Shown: positions 1-8,800 of the stretch, in pieces
How the letters are laid out: each line of letters begins with the position of its first letter
How positions within the stretch are numbered: the stretch's first letter is position 1
Assembly: GCF_016918565.1 (NCBI RefSeq)
Contig: NZ_JAFFQD010000005.1
Coordinates: 111,833 to 135,832 of the forward strand
Direction: 5' to 3'
DNA length: 24,000 bases
Source of the DNA: Desulfogranum marinum
Lineage (GTDB): Bacteria; Desulfobacterota; Desulfobulbia; Desulfobulbales; Desulfobulbaceae
Position numbers and translations under genes: made by a program
Notes under the pieces: model-generated
Databases searched by the model: none
What the model saw: the letters and a program-made list of their open reading frames with translations, nothing else
Told to the model about the DNA's origin: nothing

Positions 1-182
1 TAGTAGAATATTGTATTGTCTATTTTAAATGATAGGGCAGCGCACAGGTATCATTCCGATTCGTCTCTCCCCTTTCAGTCACTTTCCTTCCCAAAAAAAA
101 TAGAGAAAGAATGTAACCTTTTTTATACCGTACTGTTGTATCTATAGATAGCTGTTAACGTAGAACTCTACAGGGCATAACC

Positions 183-668
183 GTGGAAAAAGTAGCTACA
201 TATCAACGGTTTTATACGGACCAGAAGAATCGGCTTTTCAGTTACCTGTTTTTTCGGTGTGGTGACAGAGAGGTCGCCAGGGATATTACCCAGGAGAGTT
301 TTACCCGCCATTTTAAGCAGTATGGCACTGCGCAGAAGACACTCATCCCCAGCCTGCTGTTTACCATTGCCCGTAATGCGCTGGTGGATTATCAGCGCAA
401 TCGATATAAGCAAAATACCTTAAACCCTCCTCAGGTTGTTATTCCCGATGAGGAGTCGACCTTTATCCGTAAAGAGGAGCATTCGCGAATCCTCCAGGCA
501 ATGGGCAAACTCTCTGAACAGGACCGAGAAATACTCACGCTGGCAGTTGGCGGTATGGCCTATAAGGAGATTGGCGCTCTACTGGATTTGAGTATTGCCA
601 ATGTAAAAGTGCGCGTCCATCGGGCAAGGAAAACACTTCAGGAGCTACTAAGCGACAAGGTGATATAA
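183..668 (+). CDS. ECF-type RNA polymerase sigma factor (sigma-70 family, regions 2 and 4 only)
   Basis: 161-aa ORF with GTG start and AGGG 7 nt upstream. Region 2 motifs (RDITQESF, ARNALVDYQR) and region 4 HTH (LSEQDREILTL..YKEIGALLDLSIANVKVRVHRARKTL). The stop overlaps the next start (TAATG). Confidence 0.85.
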   Translation: MEKVATYQRFYTDQKNRLFSYLFFRCGDREVARDITQESFTRHFKQYGTAQKTLIPSLLFTIARNALVDYQRNRYKQNTLNPPQVVIPDEESTFIRKEEHSRILQAMGKLSEQDREILTLAVGGMAYKEIGALLDLSIANVKVRVHRARKTLQELLSDKVI

Positions 669-1255
669 TGGAACAGTTCATAAGCATGTACATTGATAAT
701 GAACTCTCCCTGGATGAAAAAAAGCTGTTTGTAGGTCAGGTTGCAATAAACAAGCGATACCGCGAAGAGGTGTTGGACCTGCTCGAGCAGGAAAAACTGC
801 TGGCCGGTGCACTGGTCCATGATGTAGCTGATCTGGAGATGCCCTCTGGAAAAAGTGCAAACACCTGGCACACCCTCGGCTTGGGGCTGGCAGCATGTGT
901 GGCGCTTTGTTTTTCTTTTTTCGCGGGATCCTTTTTTCCGCAAACTGTTGATCAACCACCTGGGAATAGTGTTGCTATAGTGGAGGCAGTAGCACAGCAC
1001 CGCTTTGTCATTTACCAGCAAGGTTCGGCGCAGGTGGAGATAACAGGCAGTTTTACTGGCTGGCAAAAGGTGGCCCTCGTGCCGTCCGGTACCAATGGGT
1101 ACTGGGAGGTAACCTTGCCAGTGGTATCTGGTGAACACAGGTATACCTTTATCGTCGATGGTAAAAGGCTTGTTCCAGATCCAACTGTGGATATCCAGGA
1201 GGCAGATGATTTTGGAGCAATTAACTCGATTTTAGTCGTGGAGGGTAAGGCATGA
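668..1255 (+). CDS. Membrane anti-sigma factor with C-terminal AMPK-beta/CBM48-like (glycogen-binding, E-set) extracytoplasmic domain
   Basis: 195 aa, translationally coupled to the sigma gene. N-terminal anti-sigma-like helix (MYIDNELSLDEKKLF). One TM segment (WHTLGLGLAACVALCFSFFAGSFF). The C-terminus VEITGSFTGWQKVALVPSGTNGYWEVTLPVVSGEHRYTFIVDGKRLVPDP..FGAINSILVV matches the AMPK beta GBD pattern (GSFnnW..L....f...l.LpeGeHqYKFfVDG.w..DP...G..NN.i.V). Confidence 0.7.
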   Translation: MEQFISMYIDNELSLDEKKLFVGQVAINKRYREEVLDLLEQEKLLAGALVHDVADLEMPSGKSANTWHTLGLGLAACVALCFSFFAGSFFPQTVDQPPGNSVAIVEAVAQHRFVIYQQGSAQVEITGSFTGWQKVALVPSGTNGYWEVTLPVVSGEHRYTFIVDGKRLVPDPTVDIQEADDFGAINSILVVEGKA

Positions 1256-1599
1256 CTACTTGGTTGAGAGCAAACTGGATTGCGGGGTTGTTGTTTGTGT
1301 GCCTGCTATTTTTTTCGGGCTGTGCACCCAAACATTCTATTCGGGTTGCTGGAGATTCGATCACCGTCTATTGCGAATATCCTGAAGCGAAAAAGGTTGT
1401 CTTTGCATCATCCGCTGATCGTTTTCAACTGCATGAGGCAGCTCAAGCAAAGGGTGATAGCTGGGTGGTTACTGTGCCAAAGGCAAAAGAGTTTACCTAC
1501 TTCTATATGGTCGACGGGGTCGTTACCTTGCCTGAGTGCAGATATACGGTGATGGATGATTTTGGTGGGAAAAATTGTTTTTTTTCTGAAGAGTTGTAA
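1252..1599 (+). CDS. Putative lipoprotein with divergent CBM48/E-set-like domain
   Basis: 115 aa with ATGA overlap to the upstream gene. Signal peptide ending in a lipobox-like LLFFSG|C. VVFASSADRFQLHEA...DSWVVTVPKAKEFTYFYMVDGVVTLPECRYTVMDDFGGKNCFF has the same sandwich-fold pattern as the anti-sigma C-terminus. Confidence 0.6.
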   Translation: MTTWLRANWIAGLLFVCLLFFSGCAPKHSIRVAGDSITVYCEYPEAKKVVFASSADRFQLHEAAQAKGDSWVVTVPKAKEFTYFYMVDGVVTLPECRYTVMDDFGGKNCFFSEEL

Positions 1600-1728
1600 C
1601 CCCTGTGCTGTTTAGGCGTTGTATTAGTAAAGATGAAAAAAAACTGTTGTTATTGAGCTTAATAAATTGCCGTTTCATACGAACGTGGTGGTTATGACAA
1701 GTAACTTCAACTCTCAGGAGAAGAAGCG

Positions 1729-2736
1729 ATGAAAAATATATATGTCGTTTTAATTGGGATGTTTTTTGCGACCTGCTCACTCGCTTTTGCAGATGAGCCG
1801 GTTACAGATGCTGTTGAATTGCAGCAGCGATCGCAGACGCGAGAGATGGCACAATTCATTGTTGATCAAGAGGAATTGCCGGCTCTTTTAAAGGCCATGC
1901 AAAGACAACGCTTTACCCATACCAATCAGGTTCAGGTGCAGAAAGTTATACAGGACGCCGAGCAAGAAGGACTTCCGACCAAGCCTCTAGCTGATAAAGT
2001 GTATGAAGGCATTGCCAAAGATGTAGATGAACAGAGGATTTTTCAGGCGATGACCACAGTGCGAAACAGATATGCTTATGCCTATCGTCAGGTTCGGCAG
2101 TTAGTAGATGATGCCGAGGATACACAGGTTTTGGGCAAGGTCGTTGCTGAAGCCTATACCGCCGGATTGCAACAACAAGATTATGATGAGATTGTGGAGG
2201 CATTGCAAACTCGTTTGCGAACAATGACCCGTCAGGAGGCGCGGGAGTTGGCCCTTGAGACTATGCTCACCGTCAGATTAATGGCACGGCGCGGGGTTGA
2301 ATCAGTAACTGTTAGTGCCGTAGTGGTCAGCGCTTTGGAACAGTCATATGACGATGTAGATATGCAACAAATACAGAAGGCTTTCACGAGAAGGGCACGA
2401 AACGGTTCTGCCCAGGGGATTGCAAATCAGCTTGGTGAGCACATTGGCTCAGGAGGAACTGCTCAGAATTTTGGGAGATCATCAGGTTTTGGGCAGTCTC
2501 CTGGTGATGGGGCAGGTTCAGGGGGAAATTCAGGTGGCTCATCCGGTAATGGTGCCGGTAGCTCAGGCAGTTCGGGCGGTTCAGGGAATGACTCCAGTGG
2601 ATCCGGCGGGAACAGTGGAGGTTCCGGTGGCTCAAGCGGCGGAGGTGGCTCTAATGGCAGCAGCGGAGGATCGGGCGGCTCAGGCGGCCAAGGTGGATCA
2701 TCTGGCAATAGTGGTGGCGGAAAGGGACGATCATGA
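1729..2736 (+). CDS. Secreted protein of unknown function: helical ~215-aa domain plus ~90-aa Gly/Ser-rich low-complexity C-terminal tail
   Basis: 335 aa with AGGAGAAG RBS 6 nt upstream of the ATG. Sec signal peptide MKNIYVVLIGMFFATCSLAFA|DEP. Tail is GSGGNSGGSSGNGAGSSGSSGGSGNDSSGSGGNSGGSGGSSGGGGSNGSSGGSGGSGGQGGSSGNSGGGKGRS. Confidence 0.7.
   Translation: MKNIYVVLIGMFFATCSLAFADEPVTDAVELQQRSQTREMAQFIVDQEELPALLKAMQRQRFTHTNQVQVQKVIQDAEQEGLPTKPLADKVYEGIAKDVDEQRIFQAMTTVRNRYAYAYRQVRQLVDDAEDTQVLGKVVAEAYTAGLQQQDYDEIVEALQTRLRTMTRQEARELALETMLTVRLMARRGVESVTVSAVVVSALEQSYDDVDMQQIQKAFTRRARNGSAQGIANQLGEHIGSGGTAQNFGRSSGFGQSPGDGAGSGGNSGGSSGNGAGSSGSSGGSGNDSSGSGGNSGGSGGSSGGGGSNGSSGGSGGSGGQGGSSGNSGGGKGRS
2500..2733 (+). 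repeat. Low-complexity GGN/AGY codon tract encoding the Gly/Ser tail
   Basis: Imperfect short tandem reiterations of ggt/ggc/gga/agc/tca codons. It generates spurious Pro/Glu-rich and other ORFs in other frames and on the opposite strand. Confidence 0.6.
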
Positions 2737-2824
2737 GATCACCCTTAAATAAGAAAAATGAAAAACATTAAAAAGGAAGGAATTGTTATTAAAATTGTTG
2801 TTGGCGTTATTGTCCGTTTTAATT

Positions 2825-2956
2825 ATGGCTTTTGAGATGGTTCAAGATACTATCGTTTTGGATAAAGAATCTTATGGACCAGCACCAAACTCCGGTGATG
2901 GCATTTCTGACGGTAGTGGTTTTGAAGATGATGCTCGCTCCAGCAAAAGAAAATAG
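2825..2956 (+). CDS. Possible small ORF (43 aa from ATG; frame stays open upstream to 2762 and there encodes a hydrophobic leader)
   Basis: ATG 2825 gives MAFEMVQDTIVLDKESYGPAPNSGDGISDGSGFEDDARSSKRK*. The same frame upstream reads KTLKRKELLLKLLLALLSVLI. The ATG at 2758 is in a different frame and stops after 25 codons. The start is unresolved and there is no homology evidence. Confidence 0.3.
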   Translation: MAFEMVQDTIVLDKESYGPAPNSGDGISDGSGFEDDARSSKRK

Positions 2957-3005
2957 TAAGTAGGAAACATATTGGTAATATACTTTTAGCCTAGATGTTT
3001 TATCT

Positions 3006-3051
3006 CACCGTATTCCTAAGCCTTGTCGGTTTGAGAATACGGTGTTTTTTT
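3006..3051 (+). terminator. Rho-independent terminator closing the ECF cluster
   Basis: Perfect 10-bp stem CACCGTATTC (3006-3015) / GAATACGGTG (3035-3044) with a 19-nt loop, followed directly by T7 (3045-3051). Confidence 0.6.
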
Positions 3052-3166
3052 GGGGGCTGATGATGAACTGCTCACTTATGTACCAACATTTTGCCTGATA
3101 CATCTTTACGTGTAGGACCATGGACGAGCGATAGCTGTCGTTTGTTAGTCGCACCTAATAAAAATA

Positions 3167-3195
3167 TTGACTTTATATTTCAATTCAATTAAATC
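3167..3195 (+). promoter_or_regulatory. Candidate sigma-70 promoter of feoAB, overlapped by an AT-rich inverted repeat (possible Fur-type operator)
   Basis: TTGACT (3167-3172), 17-nt spacer, TAAATC (3190-3195), about 50 nt upstream of the feoA ATG. ATTGA (3166-3170) and TCAAT (3180-3184) form an inverted repeat, and the half-site ATATTTCAAT resembles Fur-box halves. Motif reading only. Confidence 0.3.
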
Positions 3196-3246
3196 TCGCT
3201 CCTTATAGATATTAGGTAAACCTAAAAACAATAGCCGGAGCGAAGA

Positions 3247-3492
3247 ATGAGTGCAAACATTGTCCTTGCCAACATGCAGGCAGGAATCACCTATCAAGTA
3301 ACAGGTTTTAATACCACGTCTGAGGACTATGCCACCAAGCTGTACAAAATGGGATTTGTCGAGGGGACTCCAGTGGAGCTTTCTTCGGTGAAAATAGCAG
3401 ACCCGATTGTGGTCCAGATCAGGGGCAGTAGAATCGCATTACGAAAAAAAGAAGCACGCCAGGTGCTCGTTCGGGAGTGCAACAATGCATAA
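3247..3492 (+). CDS. feoA: Ferrous iron transport protein A (FeoA)
   Basis: 81 aa with GGAG RBS. Small SH3-like FeoA pattern (ITYQVTGF...LYKMGFVEGTPVELSSV...PIVVQIRGSRIALRKKEARQVLV). Overlaps the feoB start by 8 nt. Confidence 0.85.
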   Translation: MSANIVLANMQAGITYQVTGFNTTSEDYATKLYKMGFVEGTPVELSSVKIADPIVVQIRGSRIALRKKEARQVLVRECNNA

Positions 3493-5623
3493 GATAGAAA
3501 GAATTGCTATTGCTGGTGTGCCTAATTGCGGCAAGACAACGCTTTTCAACAGCCTGACAGGTGCCCGGCAGAAGGTCGGCAACTGGCCTGGAGTTACGGT
3601 GGAAAAGATAGAAGGAACATTCCCGCTTCAGGAAAGTCGAGTGGAACTGGTAGATTTGCCGGGGACTTACAACCTCAGCCCGGACACTGAAGACCAGAAA
3701 GTAGCAGAGCGGGTTATTCGAGATGGTGAGTATGACTTGATTATCAATGTCGTGGATGCGACCAACCTGTCTCGTAACCTGTATTTAACCATGGACCTCA
3801 AAGAGCGAACCAACCAAATCATTGTCCTGCTCAACATGGTTGATGTTGCTGAGAATGAAGGTATTGAAATTGATATTGATCGGTTGAGCAAAGATCTCGG
3901 CCTGCCGGTTATTCCTGTTGTGGCAGTGGACAAGTCCTCCGTAAAAAAGGCAGTGGTTGCTATCGAACAGCGTGTCGCCGACCTGCCGGCCCATGATTCT
4001 CATGTGTCGACTAAAGAAGTCATGGATACGGTAAAAAAGTATGCCCACATCGACGCCATCTGTGGACGGGTTGCCCGTGAGAAGAAAGACCGCAGCGAAA
4101 ACCTTACCACCAGAATTGACAATGTTGTCATGAACCGTTTTGCTGCAATTCCGATCTTCCTTGCCTCAATGTTTGTCACGTTCTGGTTTGCCATAGGTCT
4201 TGGCTCTGTATTTATTGATTTCTTTGATATTATTGGCGGTTTGCTTTTTGTTGATATACCCGAAGCGCTTCTCTCTGCCGTTGGTAGCCCTGAATGGCTT
4301 ACGGTAGCCATTGCAGGCGGTATCGGGGCCGGGTGTCAAACCGTGGCAACCTTTATTCCTGTCGTTTTCTTCATGTTCCTGGCTCTTGCCATTCTGGAAG
4401 ATTTGGGATACATGGCCCGTGTTGGCGTTGTTGCAGACAAGTTTATGAGAAAAATCGGTTTGCCCGGCTCAGCTTTCATCCCCATGATAGTTGGTTTTGG
4501 TTGTACGGTTCCTGCCGTGATGGCGGCACGGACCCTTAGCAGCAAAAGAGACCGTTTTATGACCATATTCATGGCACCATTTATGTCCTGTGGTGCCCGC
4601 CTTCCTGTGTATGCTCTTTTCTGTGCAGCTCTCTTTGGTGCGTATTCTGGTTTAGCCGTGTTTCTGATTTACCTCAGTGGTCTCTTTATGGCCATCCTCA
4701 CTGGATTCTTTTTGAAAAATACGCTGTTCAAAGGAACGCCGTCCCATTTTGTGATGGATCTGCCTCTTTATCATGCCCCACGGGTAAGTGCGGTTTTCAA
4801 AAGTTCTTGGCTGCGTCTTAAGTCCTTTATCAAAAGAGCCGGTACTATTGTTGTAACAGCAGTTTTTGTCCTCAGTCTTTTCAATTCCATTGGCTATGAA
4901 AATGGTGAAATGAGCTTTGGTAATGAAGACTCGCAATCCTCGATACTCGCTCATGCTGGTAAAGCCATATCGCCAGTATTTGAACCCATGGGCATTACAA
5001 AAGATAACTGGCCTGCGTCGGTAGCTCTTTTTACCGGACTTTTTGCCAAAGAGGCCATTGTCGGTACCGTGAACGCACTCTATTCCTCAATGGACATGAA
5101 CCAAGCAACGGTAGCGGAAGTAGCTGAGGAGCCGGCTGAACTTGATATAGGCGGGACAATAACCGAAGCCTTTACCACCGTGGGTGAAGGATTAGTGGGT
5201 GTGATCAGTAGCGTAGATTTACTCGGCCTAGGATTGATAGCCGAAGACCAAGAAACGATTTCTGAAGAAATTGGAGCGAGCTCCTCTGTTTACAAGCATA
5301 TTGCAGCAAATTTCACCGTATTCTCTGCCTTTGCCTATTTGCTCTTTGTTCTCATGTATTTTCCTTGTCTTGCAGTTATCGGCGCAGCCCGTAAGGAAAT
5401 GGGAGGCTACTATGCAGCGGTAATGGCGATTTATGCCACCTTGCTGGCCTGGGCTGTGGCCACTTTCTTTTATCAGGTGACTGAAGGACATAATGTCGTC
5501 TATATTCTGCTCTCTTTGCTCACTTTGGTTGGCATTTATGGTTGGTTGTATCTACTGGGCAAGAAGGAGCAGGAAAAGACGCTGGCACTAGCTCCGTTGC
5601 CAATAATTAAAAATTGCTCTTAA
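3485..5623 (+). CDS. feoB: Ferrous iron transporter FeoB (N-terminal G-domain plus polytopic permease)
   Basis: 712 aa from ATG 3485 (MHKIERIAIAGVPNCGKTTLFNSLTG = G1; DLPGTY = G3; NMVD = G4), followed by a long multi-TM region. The ORF-track start at 3407 would overlap most of the feoA C-terminus and precede the G1 motif unnaturally. Confidence 0.95.
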   Translation: MHKIERIAIAGVPNCGKTTLFNSLTGARQKVGNWPGVTVEKIEGTFPLQESRVELVDLPGTYNLSPDTEDQKVAERVIRDGEYDLIINVVDATNLSRNLYLTMDLKERTNQIIVLLNMVDVAENEGIEIDIDRLSKDLGLPVIPVVAVDKSSVKKAVVAIEQRVADLPAHDSHVSTKEVMDTVKKYAHIDAICGRVAREKKDRSENLTTRIDNVVMNRFAAIPIFLASMFVTFWFAIGLGSVFIDFFDIIGGLLFVDIPEALLSAVGSPEWLTVAIAGGIGAGCQTVATFIPVVFFMFLALAILEDLGYMARVGVVADKFMRKIGLPGSAFIPMIVGFGCTVPAVMAARTLSSKRDRFMTIFMAPFMSCGARLPVYALFCAALFGAYSGLAVFLIYLSGLFMAILTGFFLKNTLFKGTPSHFVMDLPLYHAPRVSAVFKSSWLRLKSFIKRAGTIVVTAVFVLSLFNSIGYENGEMSFGNEDSQSSILAHAGKAISPVFEPMGITKDNWPASVALFTGLFAKEAIVGTVNALYSSMDMNQATVAEVAEEPAELDIGGTITEAFTTVGEGLVGVISSVDLLGLGLIAEDQETISEEIGASSSVYKHIAANFTVFSAFAYLLFVLMYFPCLAVIGAARKEMGGYYAAVMAIYATLLAWAVATFFYQVTEGHNVVYILLSLLTLVGIYGWLYLLGKKEQEKTLALAPLPIIKNCS

Positions 5624-5674
5624 GTTTCAGCCAGTAATGAAAGTCTGACGTTTCATTCTTTATGTAAACACTCA

Positions 5675-5711
5675 ATACAACCTTTCATTTTATCTGAATG
5701 GAAGGTTGTAT
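5675..5711 (+). terminator. Strong hairpin downstream of feoB (terminator-like, no canonical U-tract)
   Basis: 15-bp stem ATACAACCTTTCATT / AATGGAAGGTTGTAT (one U-G pair) with a 7-nt loop. A weaker hairpin lies at 5636-5657 (AATGAAA-N8-TTTCATT followed by CTTTAT). Neither has a clean T-run. Confidence 0.35.
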
Positions 5712-5859
5712 ACTGTGAATTTCCCGATTTTGGTCAGGGGCCGTGTCATCTTCTTCTCTTCCTTTCCTGTCGTAAAAACAACTGCTGACTTTCAGGGCAA
5801 TCCGTTTTACATTTCTATGCGTACATTTATTTATTGTTAATTTTTCATTGAGGCAGCCC

Positions 5860-8800
5860 ATGACTTCCCTTGGATCATCACCAGCCATTGAATCAGATGC
5901 GTTGAAAGCAAATCTCCAGGAAACAGCTGGTGAGGTGGAGATAAACCCGACGTATATGCCTCTCTATGAGATAATCAGTGGCTATAAAGGGCTGGCGACC
6001 AAAATCGAGACGCTGTTGTATGAAATCAGTCATCCTTACCGGAACTGGAAAATGCTTATTCCTGAGCTGCGGGCCTTTGCTCTAAAGAATTTACATCATT
6101 ACCGGAAGCATGAGCAGGGGCCGCAATCGTTTGCCTTGTTCACCAGTATATTTTTTGAGGCCCTGGAAGATTCCTATAAAAATGAGCAAATGGTCTCTCG
6201 GATCATTGAAGCGCTCCTTGCTTATGCCGATAAACTGGTGGCATCGTTGGGGCCGGAATCCCTGCCTCTGTATGAACAGGAACTCAATCTATTTTTTAAT
6301 AAGCTTCACCGTCTCGATGCAAACAGACCCGATATTATGATGTTTATTGTCCAGGGGCATCATCCGGTGCGTAAGATTGCCGAATGTGTTTTAAGCCTGT
6401 GGCAGGAGATGGAGGAGAAAGCTTTTCACCTTGGGGAACTGGCAATTTTGGTGCAGGTAATCCTCAAACGAAATTATGAATACTGGCTGAGCGAAGAGGA
6501 CCCGCTTCCCTGGTTTGAAGCCAGATGTGGCGAGTATTGCAAAAATTGGCATGCTGGGGATTACCTGGTGGCCATTTCCCACAAGCAGATACGGATCCAT
6601 CAGGAACGTTTGCAGCAGGTTGATATTGTCGATGATCCGGAAACGGGCTTGGTCACTATGGCTGGATTACCGAACCACATGGACATTGTTCGTCTTTACC
6701 GGAGCATCCCTTCCCATCTGGTTGCCGACCCGATAGATGAGCTTGAGGCCCATTTTATTGAGAACAGGAAGTTGCTGTTTCTTTTTCGGATTATGGAGAC
6801 AGACGGTTTGCGTCTCATTCATGAAGAAACACTGCGGGAGATCAATCGATCCCTGGTACAGCTTATTCGCAGCCAGAGTTTTGAAGAGATTGAACGTTTT
6901 TTTACCACTACCTTTCAGCTGCTCAAGGCAAATGTGCGTCGTTATCCCCATACCTCTCTGCAGTGTATTCAGGTGATCGGTAACGAAGTTTTTAAGCGGG
7001 GCAACTCAAGTCTGGTGGAGGCTTTTTTGTGGGAGGCTGTCCGGTTTGGATTTCAATATGCAAATGTTCGCGGCGTGGATGAGGATTGGCAACCCATTGC
7101 TAACCCCGCTCATTTAAGTAATATCAGGATCTGGCTCAATTTGATCCAACAGGAGCCCAAATGGTGTGCCACCCTGTTTTCCGCCCTGATTATTAATATT
7201 CGTATCAGTGGGGTCTGTGTAAAAGATACAGACCTGTTCCAGCGAGATATCACTGACCTGCTCAATCATCCCATTGAGCCGATCTACAATCTTGCCAAGC
7301 AGTTCACCAAGCTCATGCCCGTCTTCTTTAATGAAATAGGGGCAGAAGGCGAGTTGCGTGATGTCTCAACCGAGATCGATGAGATCCACAAACGTAAGGA
7401 TCTGCTTATCCATTTTTTGCGCAAACAGGCCCATGTGGAATCAAGTAATCTCATCGTAGGCTTTATCGAGGCAATATTTACCTTCTGGATCACGCTTGAT
7501 AAGACCTATTTAGAAGATTACCTGCCCATAGAGGTGCTGGAGCAGGTGGAAGAGAGCGGTTTGTTTGTTGATGATCAACATCGGCTGGCGCAGCGCATCA
7601 AAGAGCAACTTCGCTTTAGCAGGATGGAGCAGATACTGGACTGGGATGATAGTGACCGTCAGCAGTTCCTGGCAGCCCAAAACGATATAGCCAAGGATGA
7701 ACTGAAACGGTTTAACCTGCTGGTTAAAATGTATAAGTTGCTCCATCAGAAATATCATCTCAGCCTGCCGGAACTGCATCTGCAATTGCAGTATGCCATC
7801 CAAAATGGATTTCCGGAGCTGGAAAATTTGATGGATATCCTGGCAGAAGATGATCCTTTCCAGTGCCTTGATGCATTGTTGGGGCAGCTTGAACACCTGC
7901 GCCAGGTTATACTCAGCGAGGAGCGGTTTGAACCTAATGAAGAAATTTACTACAAACGGCATATTGCGGTCGATATCCCATCGGTATATGGACGTTACAG
8001 CGAACGTAAATTTGATTCCCTTGGTTTGACCTTTCGTCTGGAAAGTCTGGCTAATATTTATCTTGAGCGGTTGTTTGAAACCGTTAACCTCTCATTTATC
8101 ACCCAGGCAACCTTTATTCATATCCTGAAGTGTCTCCGTTTTTTTTCCAGAGCCCTGCAGATCGACGGTATCACCAGTAGACGGTTGGATACCTACAGCA
8201 ACCTGCTGGCGTCTTCCATTGGCATTAAACGGTTTTCTTACACCCAGCACCTCGACATCATGCGTGGTCTGTCCGAAGGGGTAAAAGATATTATATATGC
8301 CTATTATACCAACATTCATCAGAATAATTTGTCTATTGTGGTGCCTCAGGTAGGGCGGGAAAATTTGCTCGGCAAGTATTGTTCCCTTTGGGATGAGGAG
8401 AATATTCCGGAGACAGTCCTCCGGATATCCGAGTCTTTTTTTAGGGAACTGATTTCCACTGCCTTTGGATTGCAGCATCTGGATAATTTTATCGGCAAGA
8501 TTATCCAGACCCTGGAAGCCCAAAAAGACATTCTTGACGAGGATACCCTTGATCTGTTGATGTCGTATAATCCAGAGAAGGCGATCAGTGCGCTTCACGA
8601 CGAAAACATGCGCACCCACAACCTTATTCATCTTGGCAATAAGGGATTTAACCTGGTGGTTATGGCACGGGATGAAAAACCAGTGCCGCCGGCCTTTATT
8701 ATTACCACTGAAATTTTTCGTTGCTACGAAGCGGTGCGTAAGTTTGACCGTGCCAGGGATGAGTTCATGCAACGGGTTCGTGGTTCGATCACGGAAATTG

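Noticed and set aside
100-182. Autoregulated ECF-type promoter upstream of the sigma gene (GTAACC at 113-118, CGTA at 129-132), with a matching motif upstream of 1729
   Set aside because: The spacing is about 11 nt, which does not fit the ~16-17 nt ECF spacer. The GTAAC copy before 1729 is too close to the start codon. There is no convincing shared motif, so no promoter is called.
638-1138. 166-aa and 93-aa minus-strand ORFs opposite the anti-sigma gene; also 168-413 opposite the sigma gene and 17913-18233 opposite letA
   Set aside because: All are antisense to ORFs with clear family motifs and operon-consistent coupling, and none has a supporting signal.
2463-2708. 81-aa Pro/Glu-rich minus-strand ORF (PPEPPDPPLLPLEPPPP...), plus the plus-strand alternate-frame ORF 2420-2752
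   Set aside because: These are mirror or alternate-frame artefacts of the GGN/AGY codon tract encoding the Gly/Ser tail. The plus-strand 335-aa ORF has the signal peptide, the RBS and the continuity.
3407-3484. Upstream extension of feoB (738-aa ORF-track version)
   Set aside because: The extension lies out of frame inside the feoA coding sequence and precedes the G1 P-loop by 35 residues. ATG 3485 gives the canonical MxxIxIAxxGxPNxGKT N-terminus.
5685-5888. 67-aa minus-strand ORF in the feoB/dikinase intergenic region
   Set aside because: It overlaps the start of the 1418-aa gene, has no RBS and no recognisable sequence features, and spans the hairpin region.
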